This document shows, in pieces, positions 57,159-64,000 of a DNA stretch of 64,000 bases. The stretch covers positions 28,824 to 92,823 of the forward strand of contig JAAOIK010000007.1 of NCBI GenBank assembly GCA_015163855.1, given 5' to 3'. Within the stretch, counting starts at the first letter, position 1; the number at the start of each line of letters is the position of its first letter. The notes beneath the pieces are model-generated. The model was not told the origin of the DNA. It made no database searches and was given only the letters and a program-made list of their open reading frames with translations. Source of the DNA: Pseudobdellovibrionaceae bacterium. GTDB taxonomy: Bacteria > Bdellovibrionota > Bdellovibrionia > Bdellovibrionales > UBA1609. The translations under genes and the position numbers were made by a program.

Positions 57159-57177
57159 GGTTATAAAATTTATAACC
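57159..57177. promoter_or_regulatory. Perfect 19-bp palindrome at the predicted transcription start (candidate operator)
   Basis: GGTTATAAAATTTATAACC has 9-bp arms around one central base and is flanked by AA...CTT, which extends the symmetry imperfectly. Confidence 0.4.
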
Positions 57178-57203
57178 CTTTCCTGCATTAAGGAAGTGCA
57201 AAA

Positions 57204-58241
57204 ATGATTGTTAACTTTATTTCGGGCAAAGACCTTGGCGGGCCAAAGCAGTCCTTTATTTTATACAGCAAAGCTTTACAAAAAATATACTCCCCCATTT
57301 GTTCTGTTATTCGCAAAGGAGCATTATTAAAACCCTTAATGGACGAGCAAAACATAAAGACTATAGAGCTAAATTATCTTCGTTTAAATTTTTGGCCATT
57401 TAAATATTGGGCTATAAACAAAATTAAAAAACAACTAAAACCCTTGCTTCCAAAAATTATTTTTGTACACAAAGCCTTAGACCTTCCTTTAGTGGTGGCC
57501 GCTTTACCAAAAACAAAAGTCATTGGCGTGATACATAGTTTTTCGGCCTCTAACATAGAATATGCTGACGCTTTAATTGCTGTTTCAGAAAAAGTAAAAC
57601 AATTTTTAATAAATAAAAATTATAAAAAACCCATTTATGTTATTCCTAATATCACTGTAGCAGAAGCTTTTCCCTCTCCAAAAAATAAAGCTTTACCTTC
57701 TGTGCCAGTTATTGGGGCGATGGGTGTTTTTAGAAGAACAAAAGGCTTTCACACTTTAATTAAAGCGCTATTTTTACTTAAAAAAAAGAATGTGCCCTTT
57801 CAGGCAGTTATTGCTGGTAAGGGAAAGCTTTACTATTACTTACAGTATTTAAGGTGGAGGTATAATTTACAAGATCAGCTTTTACTTAAGTCTTGGATTG
57901 CTAATAAAAATAAAACGGCCTTTTTAGACAGTATTGATTTATATGTTCTTTCTTCTAAATTAGAAACTTTTGGAATGGTAATTATCGAAGCTATGGCACG
58001 AAAAAAACGAGTTATTGCCACAAAGTGTGGTGGCCCTGAAGAAATTCTTACCGATGCTGTAAATGGTTATTTAATTCCTAAAAAAAATAGTTTAGCTTTA
58101 GCTAATAAATTAGAGCACTTAATTAAAAACCCTCAAGTATCACAAGATATACCCGAAAAAGCTTACCAAAGTATTCTAAACAACTATAGTCTAGAAGTTT
58201 TAACCAACCACCTACAAAACTTACTCCGTATTTATTTATAA
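57204..58241 (+). CDS. Glycosyltransferase, GT-B fold (family 1/4-like)
   Basis: The C-terminal half carries the E-x7-E region (ETFGMVIIEAMARKKRVIATKCGGPEEIL) typical of GT4 enzymes. Confidence 0.8.
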   Translation: MIVNFISGKDLGGPKQSFILYSKALQKIYSPICSVIRKGALLKPLMDEQNIKTIELNYLRLNFWPFKYWAINKIKKQLKPLLPKIIFVHKALDLPLVVAALPKTKVIGVIHSFSASNIEYADALIAVSEKVKQFLINKNYKKPIYVIPNITVAEAFPSPKNKALPSVPVIGAMGVFRRTKGFHTLIKALFLLKKKNVPFQAVIAGKGKLYYYLQYLRWRYNLQDQLLLKSWIANKNKTAFLDSIDLYVLSSKLETFGMVIIEAMARKKRVIATKCGGPEEILTDAVNGYLIPKKNSLALANKLEHLIKNPQVSQDIPEKAYQSILNNYSLEVLTNHLQNLLRIYL

Positions 58242-58252
58242 AAATATAATAA

Positions 58253-58281
58253 TTTACTAGATTTTTAAAACAATCTAAGAT
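58253..58281 (+). promoter_or_regulatory. Possible promoter for gdh
   Basis: TTTACT (58253-58258), 17 nt, TAAGAT (58276-58281), about 47 nt upstream of the ATG. Confidence 0.3.
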
Positions 58282-58327
58282 AGTTTTTAAGGATTAGAAA
58301 CAAATATGTAAAATTATTGGACTAGTT

Positions 58328-59584
58328 ATGAAAAATATTTACGCCACCCCTTTTTACGCTAATATAATAAAAAATTTAGAAAAAGCCTCTAAGGTACATA
58401 GTACCAAAACGGCAACTATACAGCGATTAAAATTTCCCAAAAGATGCATTGTTGTTTCGATTCCCATAAAAATGGATGACGGGCATATGCAAATTTTTGA
58501 TGGATATAGAGCACAGCACAGTCAAACATTAGGCCCTTTTAAGGGAGGTGTGCGCTTTCACCAAGATGTTAACCTTGCAGAAACGGTATCTTTATCTTGC
58601 TTAATGACTTTAAAAAACTCTTTGTTAGGTCTTCCTTTAGGAGGCGCAAAGGGAGGAGTTGCCGTTGATCCAAAATCTTTATCCTTAGGCGAGCTAGAAC
58701 GATTAACACGAGGTTACACCTCTGCCATTGGTCCTTTTATTGGGCCAGATAAAGATATTCCAGCCCCTGATGTGGGTACGGATTCGCAAACTATGGCTTG
58801 GATGTTAGATACCTATTCTACAGAATCAGGATTTTCGCAAACCGGCATTGTTACTGGAAAACCCTTAGCCATTGGAGGCTCTAAAGGAAGAGAGGCCGCT
58901 ACCGGTTTAGGCGTAATTTTAAATATACAAAAAGTTTTAGAAAAGCAAAATAAATCCGTCGAAGACAGTAGCTTAGCCATTCAAGGTTTTGGTAAGGTGG
59001 GAATGCACGCAGCTATTGAGGCCCATAGAATTGGCCTAAAAGTGGCGGCCATCAGTGATGTATCCACAGCCTTATATGATCCTAATGGCTTAAACATACC
59101 CGAACTAGTAGCTTTAACTAAGCAAAAAAAATTATTAAAAGACTACCCTCATGCGAAAAAAATTTCTAACGAAGAGCTATTAATTTTACCCGTAGATATT
59201 TTAGCACCTTGCGCATTAGACGGCGTTATTCATTCAGGCAACATGGAAAAAATTCAAACGAAAATTATTGTGGAGGGGGCCAACGGACCAACCACATCTA
59301 AAGCGAGTACTTATTTGTTTAAAGAAAAACAAGTGATTATTATCCCTGACATTTTAGCAAATGGTGGCGGAGTTGTTGTAAGTTACTTTGAGTGGGTTCA
59401 AGATATCGTATGGTTGTTTTGGTCAGAAGAAGAAGTAAAGTCTAAACTAAAAATGATTATAGACCGATGTTTTGACCGCGTTTGGGATTGTGCTCATAAA
59501 CATAAAATAGATGTTAGAACTGCAGCTATTGCCACAGCCCTAAAACGATTAGAAAAAGCTATGCTCTTGCGAGGGCAAATTTGA
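58328..59584 (+). CDS. gdh: Glutamate dehydrogenase (Glu/Leu/Phe/Val dehydrogenase family)
   Basis: Catalytic-lysine glycine-rich motif LPLGGAKGGV, dinucleotide fold IQGFGKVGMH, and GANGPTT. Confidence 0.88.
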   Translation: MKNIYATPFYANIIKNLEKASKVHSTKTATIQRLKFPKRCIVVSIPIKMDDGHMQIFDGYRAQHSQTLGPFKGGVRFHQDVNLAETVSLSCLMTLKNSLLGLPLGGAKGGVAVDPKSLSLGELERLTRGYTSAIGPFIGPDKDIPAPDVGTDSQTMAWMLDTYSTESGFSQTGIVTGKPLAIGGSKGREAATGLGVILNIQKVLEKQNKSVEDSSLAIQGFGKVGMHAAIEAHRIGLKVAAISDVSTALYDPNGLNIPELVALTKQKKLLKDYPHAKKISNEELLILPVDILAPCALDGVIHSGNMEKIQTKIIVEGANGPTTSKASTYLFKEKQVIIIPDILANGGGVVVSYFEWVQDIVWLFWSEEEVKSKLKMIIDRCFDRVWDCAHKHKIDVRTAAIATALKRLEKAMLLRGQI

Positions 59585-60561
59585 AGCCTTGGCTGTATTT
59601 ACCTGCTAGTATTAGTCAAAAATTATTTTCTGTAGGAATAAAACTCTATTCCTTTTTTTGTTCAAAAAAACCCTTAAAATGGAACAAGCTAGAGTGGAAA
59701 GGCTTAAGCTTTCCCAACCCCCTTGGCATTGCAGGGGGCGTGGATAAAAATGCAACATTATTAAAACAATGGCCGCACTTAGGTTGTGGTTTTGTCGAAG
59801 TGGGCACAGTAACTCCTCTTTCACAAACCGCTAATGCTGGAAAAATTATTGCTCGAAACAACAAAGCCCTTTCTTTATGGAACCACATGGGCTTTCCCAA
59901 CAAAGGCTTAGATAATTTACAAAAACAATTAAAAAAAAATATACCCTACCCCATACCTCTTTTAATCAATGTTGGTAAAAACAGAAGTACTCCCTTACAA
60001 CAAGCCCATAAGGATTACATAAAATGTATGCATCAACTACAAGACTATGCAGATATTTTTGTCATTAATATTAGCAGCCCCAATACAGAAAGCTTACGAG
60101 AACTTTTTTTAAAAGATAATTTAAAAAGTTTTTTACAAAATTGCCTACAAAATAAAACCAAACCCACTTTGTTAAAAATTAGCCCTGATTTGTCGCAAAA
60201 AGAACTAGAGTATGTTTTAGATGTCTCTTGCCTTCTTTCTATTGATGGGTGGGTTGTGTCTAACACCATGCAATCTTTAAATGAAAAATTACACTTTCCC
60301 CTTCATAAGGGAGGAGTCTCTGGACTAGCTTTAGCACAAAAGGCTAAGTTACAGCTACAACACACTATAGAATACTTAACCAAGATACAGCAAAGAAAAG
60401 GTAAGCTTCTTATCTCTGTGGGAGGAATTTCTTCGGCCCTTGATATTAAAGAACGATTAAATATGGGCGCAGATTTGGTACAAGTTTACAGTGCTTTAGT
60501 CTTTCAAGGCCCTTCATTTTTCAAAAAAATAGACAAAAACATAAAAAAACCTTTATTATAA
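59581..60561 (+). CDS. pyrD: Dihydroorotate dehydrogenase (class 2-like)
   Basis: NPLGIAGGVDKN, VEVGTVTP, GFPNKG, NVGKN, NISSPNT, GGVSG and GGISS are the DHODH motifs in order. The TTG start overlaps the gdh stop (TTGA). Confidence 0.88.
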   Translation: MKPWLYLPASISQKLFSVGIKLYSFFCSKKPLKWNKLEWKGLSFPNPLGIAGGVDKNATLLKQWPHLGCGFVEVGTVTPLSQTANAGKIIARNNKALSLWNHMGFPNKGLDNLQKQLKKNIPYPIPLLINVGKNRSTPLQQAHKDYIKCMHQLQDYADIFVINISSPNTESLRELFLKDNLKSFLQNCLQNKTKPTLLKISPDLSQKELEYVLDVSCLLSIDGWVVSNTMQSLNEKLHFPLHKGGVSGLALAQKAKLQLQHTIEYLTKIQQRKGKLLISVGGISSALDIKERLNMGADLVQVYSALVFQGPSFFKKIDKNIKKPLL

Positions 60562-60571
60562 GACAATACTT

Positions 60572-61825
60572 ATGTGGCCTTATAAAAAAAAAATTATTCC
60601 TAAAAAACTGCACATCTGCATGATTGCTAAAAATTTTCCTATATTGGGAATGACAGGTACTCATAGTTTTTTATGGCCTCTTGCAAGAAAAATAGTTGGC
60701 CTGGGCCACTCGGTAAGTGTTATTTCTTGGAAAAATTCACAAGGCAAAACCCATTTAGATCAAGATGGTGTTCGTGCGTATTTTTTAGGACACATTTATG
60801 AAAAAGTATCTTTAAAGCATTTTCCTGCTCTTTGCCATAAACAATTTTTACAACTACATAAAATTCATAAATTAGATATTGTTCATAGCATAGATAAAAC
60901 AGGTATCTTAATTGCTAAAAATAAAAGCCGATATAAAATTCCTGTAATTTTTGATATAGAAGCCACGGCCATATCGCAATATTTATTTTTAGCCTCGTTA
61001 AGCCAAGACAATATCCGTAGCTTTATTAAAATACACTTTAATTTACTGTATCGCTTTGTTATAAATTTTTTCCGATATGACAGAGAACTATTAAAGCAAG
61101 CCAGTGCAGTATTTGTAAGTAGCTCGCTACAAAGAAGTATTTTAGAACGCTACTTTTTCTTTCCCGACTATCACACCTACCTAGTTCCCTATGGATTAGA
61201 TGTGCAAGATTTTTCTTTGCAACCCAAACCTCCCCTATTACAAGAAAAACTTTTAATACCTAAGCAATCCAAAATTTTACTAACCATTAGTAATATGTCC
61301 GAGCTGGCGGGAATGCAAAATTTACTAAAATCTTTTACTAAAGTAGCTATTCAAAAACCTAGCACCCGTTTAATTATTATTGGTAGCGGACCTAATTATA
61401 ATAATATTCAACGCTTAATTTTAGATTTAGCCTTAGGAGACCATGTTCTTCTTATGGGCCAAGTGCCCAACTTAGAACTAATGGACTACATTGCTTTATC
61501 AGATGTTTTTATAAGTTTAACCCCCCATTCTTCGGGCTTTGACCCTAATTTAATTAATGCTATGGTACAAAAAAAAATTGTAATAGGCGCGGATATCAAT
61601 CCCATATCTTCTTTAATAAAAAACAATGTTAATGGCTTTTTAACTAAACCCTCTGACACAAACACTTTAAGCAAGCACCTTCTAGCCTCGGTTTTTGATA
61701 CCGAATCTACTTTAACACTAAGAGATAAGGCGCAAAGCACTGTGCATAAATTATTTGATCTTAATAAAATGGCTCAACAAACCATAGATGCTTATCGCAA
61801 TGTATTAAAAAAACACCCTTTATAA
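60572..61825 (+). CDS. Glycosyltransferase, GT-B fold (family 1/4-like)
   Basis: The N-terminal G-rich donor/acceptor loop region (GMTGTHSFLWPLARKIVGLGH) and the C-terminal half (LIIIGSGP ... INPISSLIKNNVNGFL) fit GT4 architecture. Confidence 0.7.
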   Translation: MWPYKKKIIPKKLHICMIAKNFPILGMTGTHSFLWPLARKIVGLGHSVSVISWKNSQGKTHLDQDGVRAYFLGHIYEKVSLKHFPALCHKQFLQLHKIHKLDIVHSIDKTGILIAKNKSRYKIPVIFDIEATAISQYLFLASLSQDNIRSFIKIHFNLLYRFVINFFRYDRELLKQASAVFVSSSLQRSILERYFFFPDYHTYLVPYGLDVQDFSLQPKPPLLQEKLLIPKQSKILLTISNMSELAGMQNLLKSFTKVAIQKPSTRLIIIGSGPNYNNIQRLILDLALGDHVLLMGQVPNLELMDYIALSDVFISLTPHSSGFDPNLINAMVQKKIVIGADINPISSLIKNNVNGFLTKPSDTNTLSKHLLASVFDTESTLTLRDKAQSTVHKLFDLNKMAQQTIDAYRNVLKKHPL

Positions 61826-61904
61826 ATATAAGCCTACTAACTAAAGACTAGAATTAGCTTTTTTTTCTTTTGCTCATCGACCCATTCTCCACTAATATAT
61901 ACTT

Positions 61905-62195
61905 ATGAAAAATTCTATTACTAAATCAGAACTTACAAAAAAATTGGCACAAAAAGCTAATGTCACTTATGTAAAAGCCGATTTAATTGTAAACAGTATT
62001 TGCCAAAAAATGATTGATTCTCTTTTGGAGGGAAAACGCATTGAAATACGAGGGTTTGGTAGCTTTATTATTAAACACTACAAAGCCTATCAAGGAAGAA
62101 ATCCTAGAACTGGAGAGCTAATTCATATTGCCGAAAAAAAGCTTCCTTTTTTTAAAGCAGGAAAAGAGTTAAGAAATAAACTAAATGCTAATTAG
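61905..62195 (+). CDS. ihfB: Integration host factor beta subunit / HU-family DNA-bending protein
   Basis: ITKSEL...RIEIRGFGSFIIKHYKAYQGRNPRTGELIHIAEKKLPFFKAGKELR is the IHF-beta pattern. Confidence 0.85.
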   Translation: MKNSITKSELTKKLAQKANVTYVKADLIVNSICQKMIDSLLEGKRIEIRGFGSFIIKHYKAYQGRNPRTGELIHIAEKKLPFFKAGKELRNKLNAN

Positions 62196-62680
62196 TTTTG
62201 ACTAATCCAATTAAAAACATCTTCGTGATGCGTTTTGGTTTTTACTTTTTCTATAATATGTTTTAATTTTCCATCCTTGCCAATAATAAAAGTTATTCTA
62301 TTAACTCCCATATACTCCCTACCCATAAATTTTTTTAAACCCCATACCCCATACTTTTCTGCTACTGCGTGATCCATATCTGAAAGCAAATCAAAATTGA
62401 GATTTTGCTTTTCTTGAAATTTGACTAAAGATTTAACTGGGTCTGGACTTAATCCAAAAACTACTACATCTTTGGCCGCAAATTGCTTTTTAAAGTCACG
62501 AATGCCCTTTGCCTGTACAGTACAGCCAGGAGTCATAGCTTTAGGGTAAAAGTACAATACTACGGTTTTTTGGTTATAAAAATCTTTTAAACTTATTTTT
62601 TCTTCGTCTTGATTAAATAAAGAAAACAATGGTGCTTTATTTCCAATTTTTGGTAATTTAAGATCGTCTACATTAGCCAT
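62192..62680 (-). CDS. bcp: Thiol peroxidase Bcp / peroxiredoxin Q
   Basis: VVLYFYPKAMTPGCTVQA carries the peroxidatic Cys. I prefer the ATG at 62680 (AGGAGG 4 nt upstream) to the TTG at 62707. The 3' end overlaps the ihfB stop by 4 nt (convergent). Confidence 0.9.
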   Translation of the reverse strand: MANVDDLKLPKIGNKAPLFSLFNQDEEKISLKDFYNQKTVVLYFYPKAMTPGCTVQAKGIRDFKKQFAAKDVVVFGLSPDPVKSLVKFQEKQNLNFDLLSDMDHAVAEKYGVWGLKKFMGREYMGVNRITFIIGKDGKLKHIIEKVKTKTHHEDVFNWISQN

Positions 62681-62816
62681 AAAGCCTCCTTTTAGCACAC
62701 TTTGCAATGGATTGCCCTATAGTTGTACCCTAGCCTTTGTATTGTGCAATAAAATTTACTCCTTCTTGACAAAAAAAGTACTTTTTATTAAACCTACAGA
62801 TAAATAAGGGGAAAAA

Positions 62817-63368
62817 ATGCAAAAAAAAAGAATTCAAAAAATTACTACAGAGCTATTTTCTTTAATTAACAATAAAGAAGCTAAAAAAGAAATTCAAAAA
62901 ATTTCTAAAAATCTAAATAAAATTAAAAAAAATTTAGAAAAAGACTTTCAAAAAAAATCTAACAAAGTAAAAAAGTTATTTAAAGAAACTCATAAAGTAA
63001 ATATAGGCCCTATACAAACTAGCTTCATTCCTTCAAAAGTATATAAAAAAATAACTAAAGAAGCAGAACAAGTTTATGTTAACGGTAATGCAGAAATAAA
63101 CAAAATTTTAAAATTATCTAAAAAAGAAACGCAAAATAAAATTAATCAAGCCATGGTTATACAAGATTTAGTAGATGCTAAAATTAAAAAGCTTATGGAT
63201 AAATTATCAAAAACTACTAAGAAGAAAGCTAGCGCTAAAAAGAAAGCTACTAAAAAGAAATCCAGTACTAAAAAGAAAACTACTAAGAAGAAAGCTAGCA
63301 CTAAAAAGAAAGCTTCTAAGAAAAAAACTAGTACTAAAAAGAAATCTTCAGCAAAGAAAAAAAAGTAA
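62817..63368 (+). CDS. Lysine-rich histone-H1-like protein (helical N-terminal part plus KKK[AST][ST][AT] repeat tail)
   Basis: The C-terminal 50 aa or so read TKKKASAKKKATKKKSSTKKKTTKKKASTKKKASKKKTSTKKKSSAKKKK. The N-terminal 130 aa are K/E/N/I-rich. AAGGGGA Shine-Dalgarno upstream. Confidence 0.8.
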   Translation: MQKKRIQKITTELFSLINNKEAKKEIQKISKNLNKIKKNLEKDFQKKSNKVKKLFKETHKVNIGPIQTSFIPSKVYKKITKEAEQVYVNGNAEINKILKLSKKETQNKINQAMVIQDLVDAKIKKLMDKLSKTTKKKASAKKKATKKKSSTKKKTTKKKASTKKKASKKKTSTKKKSSAKKKK

Positions 63369-64000
63369 TGATAACTCGCCACATAGGCCCTAGCAAAAAA
63401 GAAACACAACAAATGTTAGAGGAGCTTGACTCCTCTTCATTAGATGAATTAATTAAAAAAAACTTACCTAAAGACATTTTATCCTCTGTTGAGGATAAAA
63501 GCAGTTTGTCAGAATTAGATTTTTTAAAATACGCTAGGTACATTGGTTCTAAAAATACCGTTTGGCGTAATTATATAGGCCAAGGCTATTACCCTAGTTT
63601 TTTACCTCCTGTTATACAAAAAAATATTTTATCTAACCCTAGCTGGTACACCGCCTACACTCCTTATCAGGCAGAAATTTCCCAAGGCCGATTAGAGGCT
63701 TTATTTAATTTTCAAACTATGGTGACCGAGCTTACAGGTATGGATATTTGCAATGCTTCTTTGCTAGATGAGGCCACCGCAGCTGCCGAAGCCATTAGCA
63801 TGGCGTGGAATATTGCACGGCAAAAAAAACACACAGCCTTTATTGATAAGTCCATTTTTTCTCAAAGCCTTGCGGTAGTAAAAACACGCAGTAAAGCTTT
63901 GGGTATAAAACTAATTATTGATGATATTAAAAACTTTACCCAGCATGACGACGATTTTTTTGCAGTGCTAGTGCAAAACCCTAATTCCAAAGGAGAGGTA
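63368..64000 (+). CDS. gcvP: Glycine dehydrogenase (aminomethyl-transferring) GcvP, 3'-truncated by the window edge
   Basis: Not in the ORF track because no stop falls in the window. The ATG at 63368 overlaps the previous stop (TAATG). It translates to MITRHIGPS...YIGQGYYPSFLPPVIQKNILSNPSWYTAYTPYQAEISQGRLEALFNFQTMVTELTGMDICNASLLDEATAAAEA, the P-protein N-terminal signature. Confidence 0.9.
   Translation, partial: MITRHIGPSKKETQQMLEELDSSSLDELIKKNLPKDILSSVEDKSSLSELDFLKYARYIGSKNTVWRNYIGQGYYPSFLPPVIQKNILSNPSWYTAYTPYQAEISQGRLEALFNFQTMVTELTGMDICNASLLDEATAAAEAISMAWNIARQKKHTAFIDKSIFSQSLAVVKTRSKALGIKLIIDDIKNFTQHDDDFFAVLVQNPNSKGEV

Noticed and set aside
63146-63543. ORFs 63146-63412 (-), 63175-63393 (+, alternative frame) and 63334-63543 (-) around the lysine-rich tail
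   Set aside because: These are frame and strand artefacts of the AAG/AAA-rich repeat. Only the 62817-63368 frame has a Shine-Dalgarno, a start and continuity with an N-terminal domain, and 63368 onward is clearly gcvP.
1-64000. Search for CRISPR arrays, transposases, integrases, prophage genes, toxin-antitoxin pairs, rRNA or tRNA genes and known defence systems
   Set aside because: I could recognise none of these. All intergenic regions are shorter than about 230 bp, and the only direct-repeat arrays (25111-25230, 32209-32259, 36061-36090) have no spacer structure.

Overview
This is an AT-rich, tightly packed chromosomal segment from a diderm (Gram-negative-type) bacterium. I cannot assign a lineage from sequence alone. 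The gene content would fit a Bdellovibrionota/Oligoflexia-like organism, but that is a guess. I support 53 protein-coding genes. I found no rRNA, tRNA, CRISPR array, transposase or integrase. Most genes are housekeeping: rpmG-truA-rplM-rpsI, typA-gltX-ftsY-smc, nusB, mutS-mpl-xth-fusA paralogue, ssb, spoT/rel, rlmN, gdh-pyrD, ihfB, bcp and gcvP. The accessory content is a type II secretion system (T2SS) split into two loci. gspD-E-F lies at 1-4505. At 39432-47349 a ten-gene same-strand string runs exbB-exbD-gspG-H-I-J-K-L-M-N, so a MotA/ExbB-ExbD proton-channel pair heads the pseudopilin and assembly-platform genes, with no TonB or TolA partner in the window. This is my best candidate for an undescribed functional linkage. 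Other points worth a second look: (1) a 902-aa secreted protein whose C-terminal third is nine tandem 33-aa repeats (99-bp DNA periodicity); (2) a 900-aa secreted coiled-coil protein next to gspF; (3) a 115-bp near-perfect palindrome that exactly fills the gspF/coiled-coil intergenic gap; (4) a 3 x 40-bp tandem array, equivalent to six TTAGCGnAGAT sites at alternating 21/19-bp spacing, between an orphan ORF and mutS; (5) two genes, truA and gspJ, whose conserved N-termini can only be translated from non-canonical starts (ATA and ATT) abutting the upstream stop codon; (6) a roughly 30-45-bp motif shared in opposite orientation by the exbB-gsp promoter region and the region upstream of an outer-membrane protein gene; (7) a histone-H1-like lysine-rich protein next to IHF-beta. 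All functional calls come from motif recognition by eye. No database search was run.
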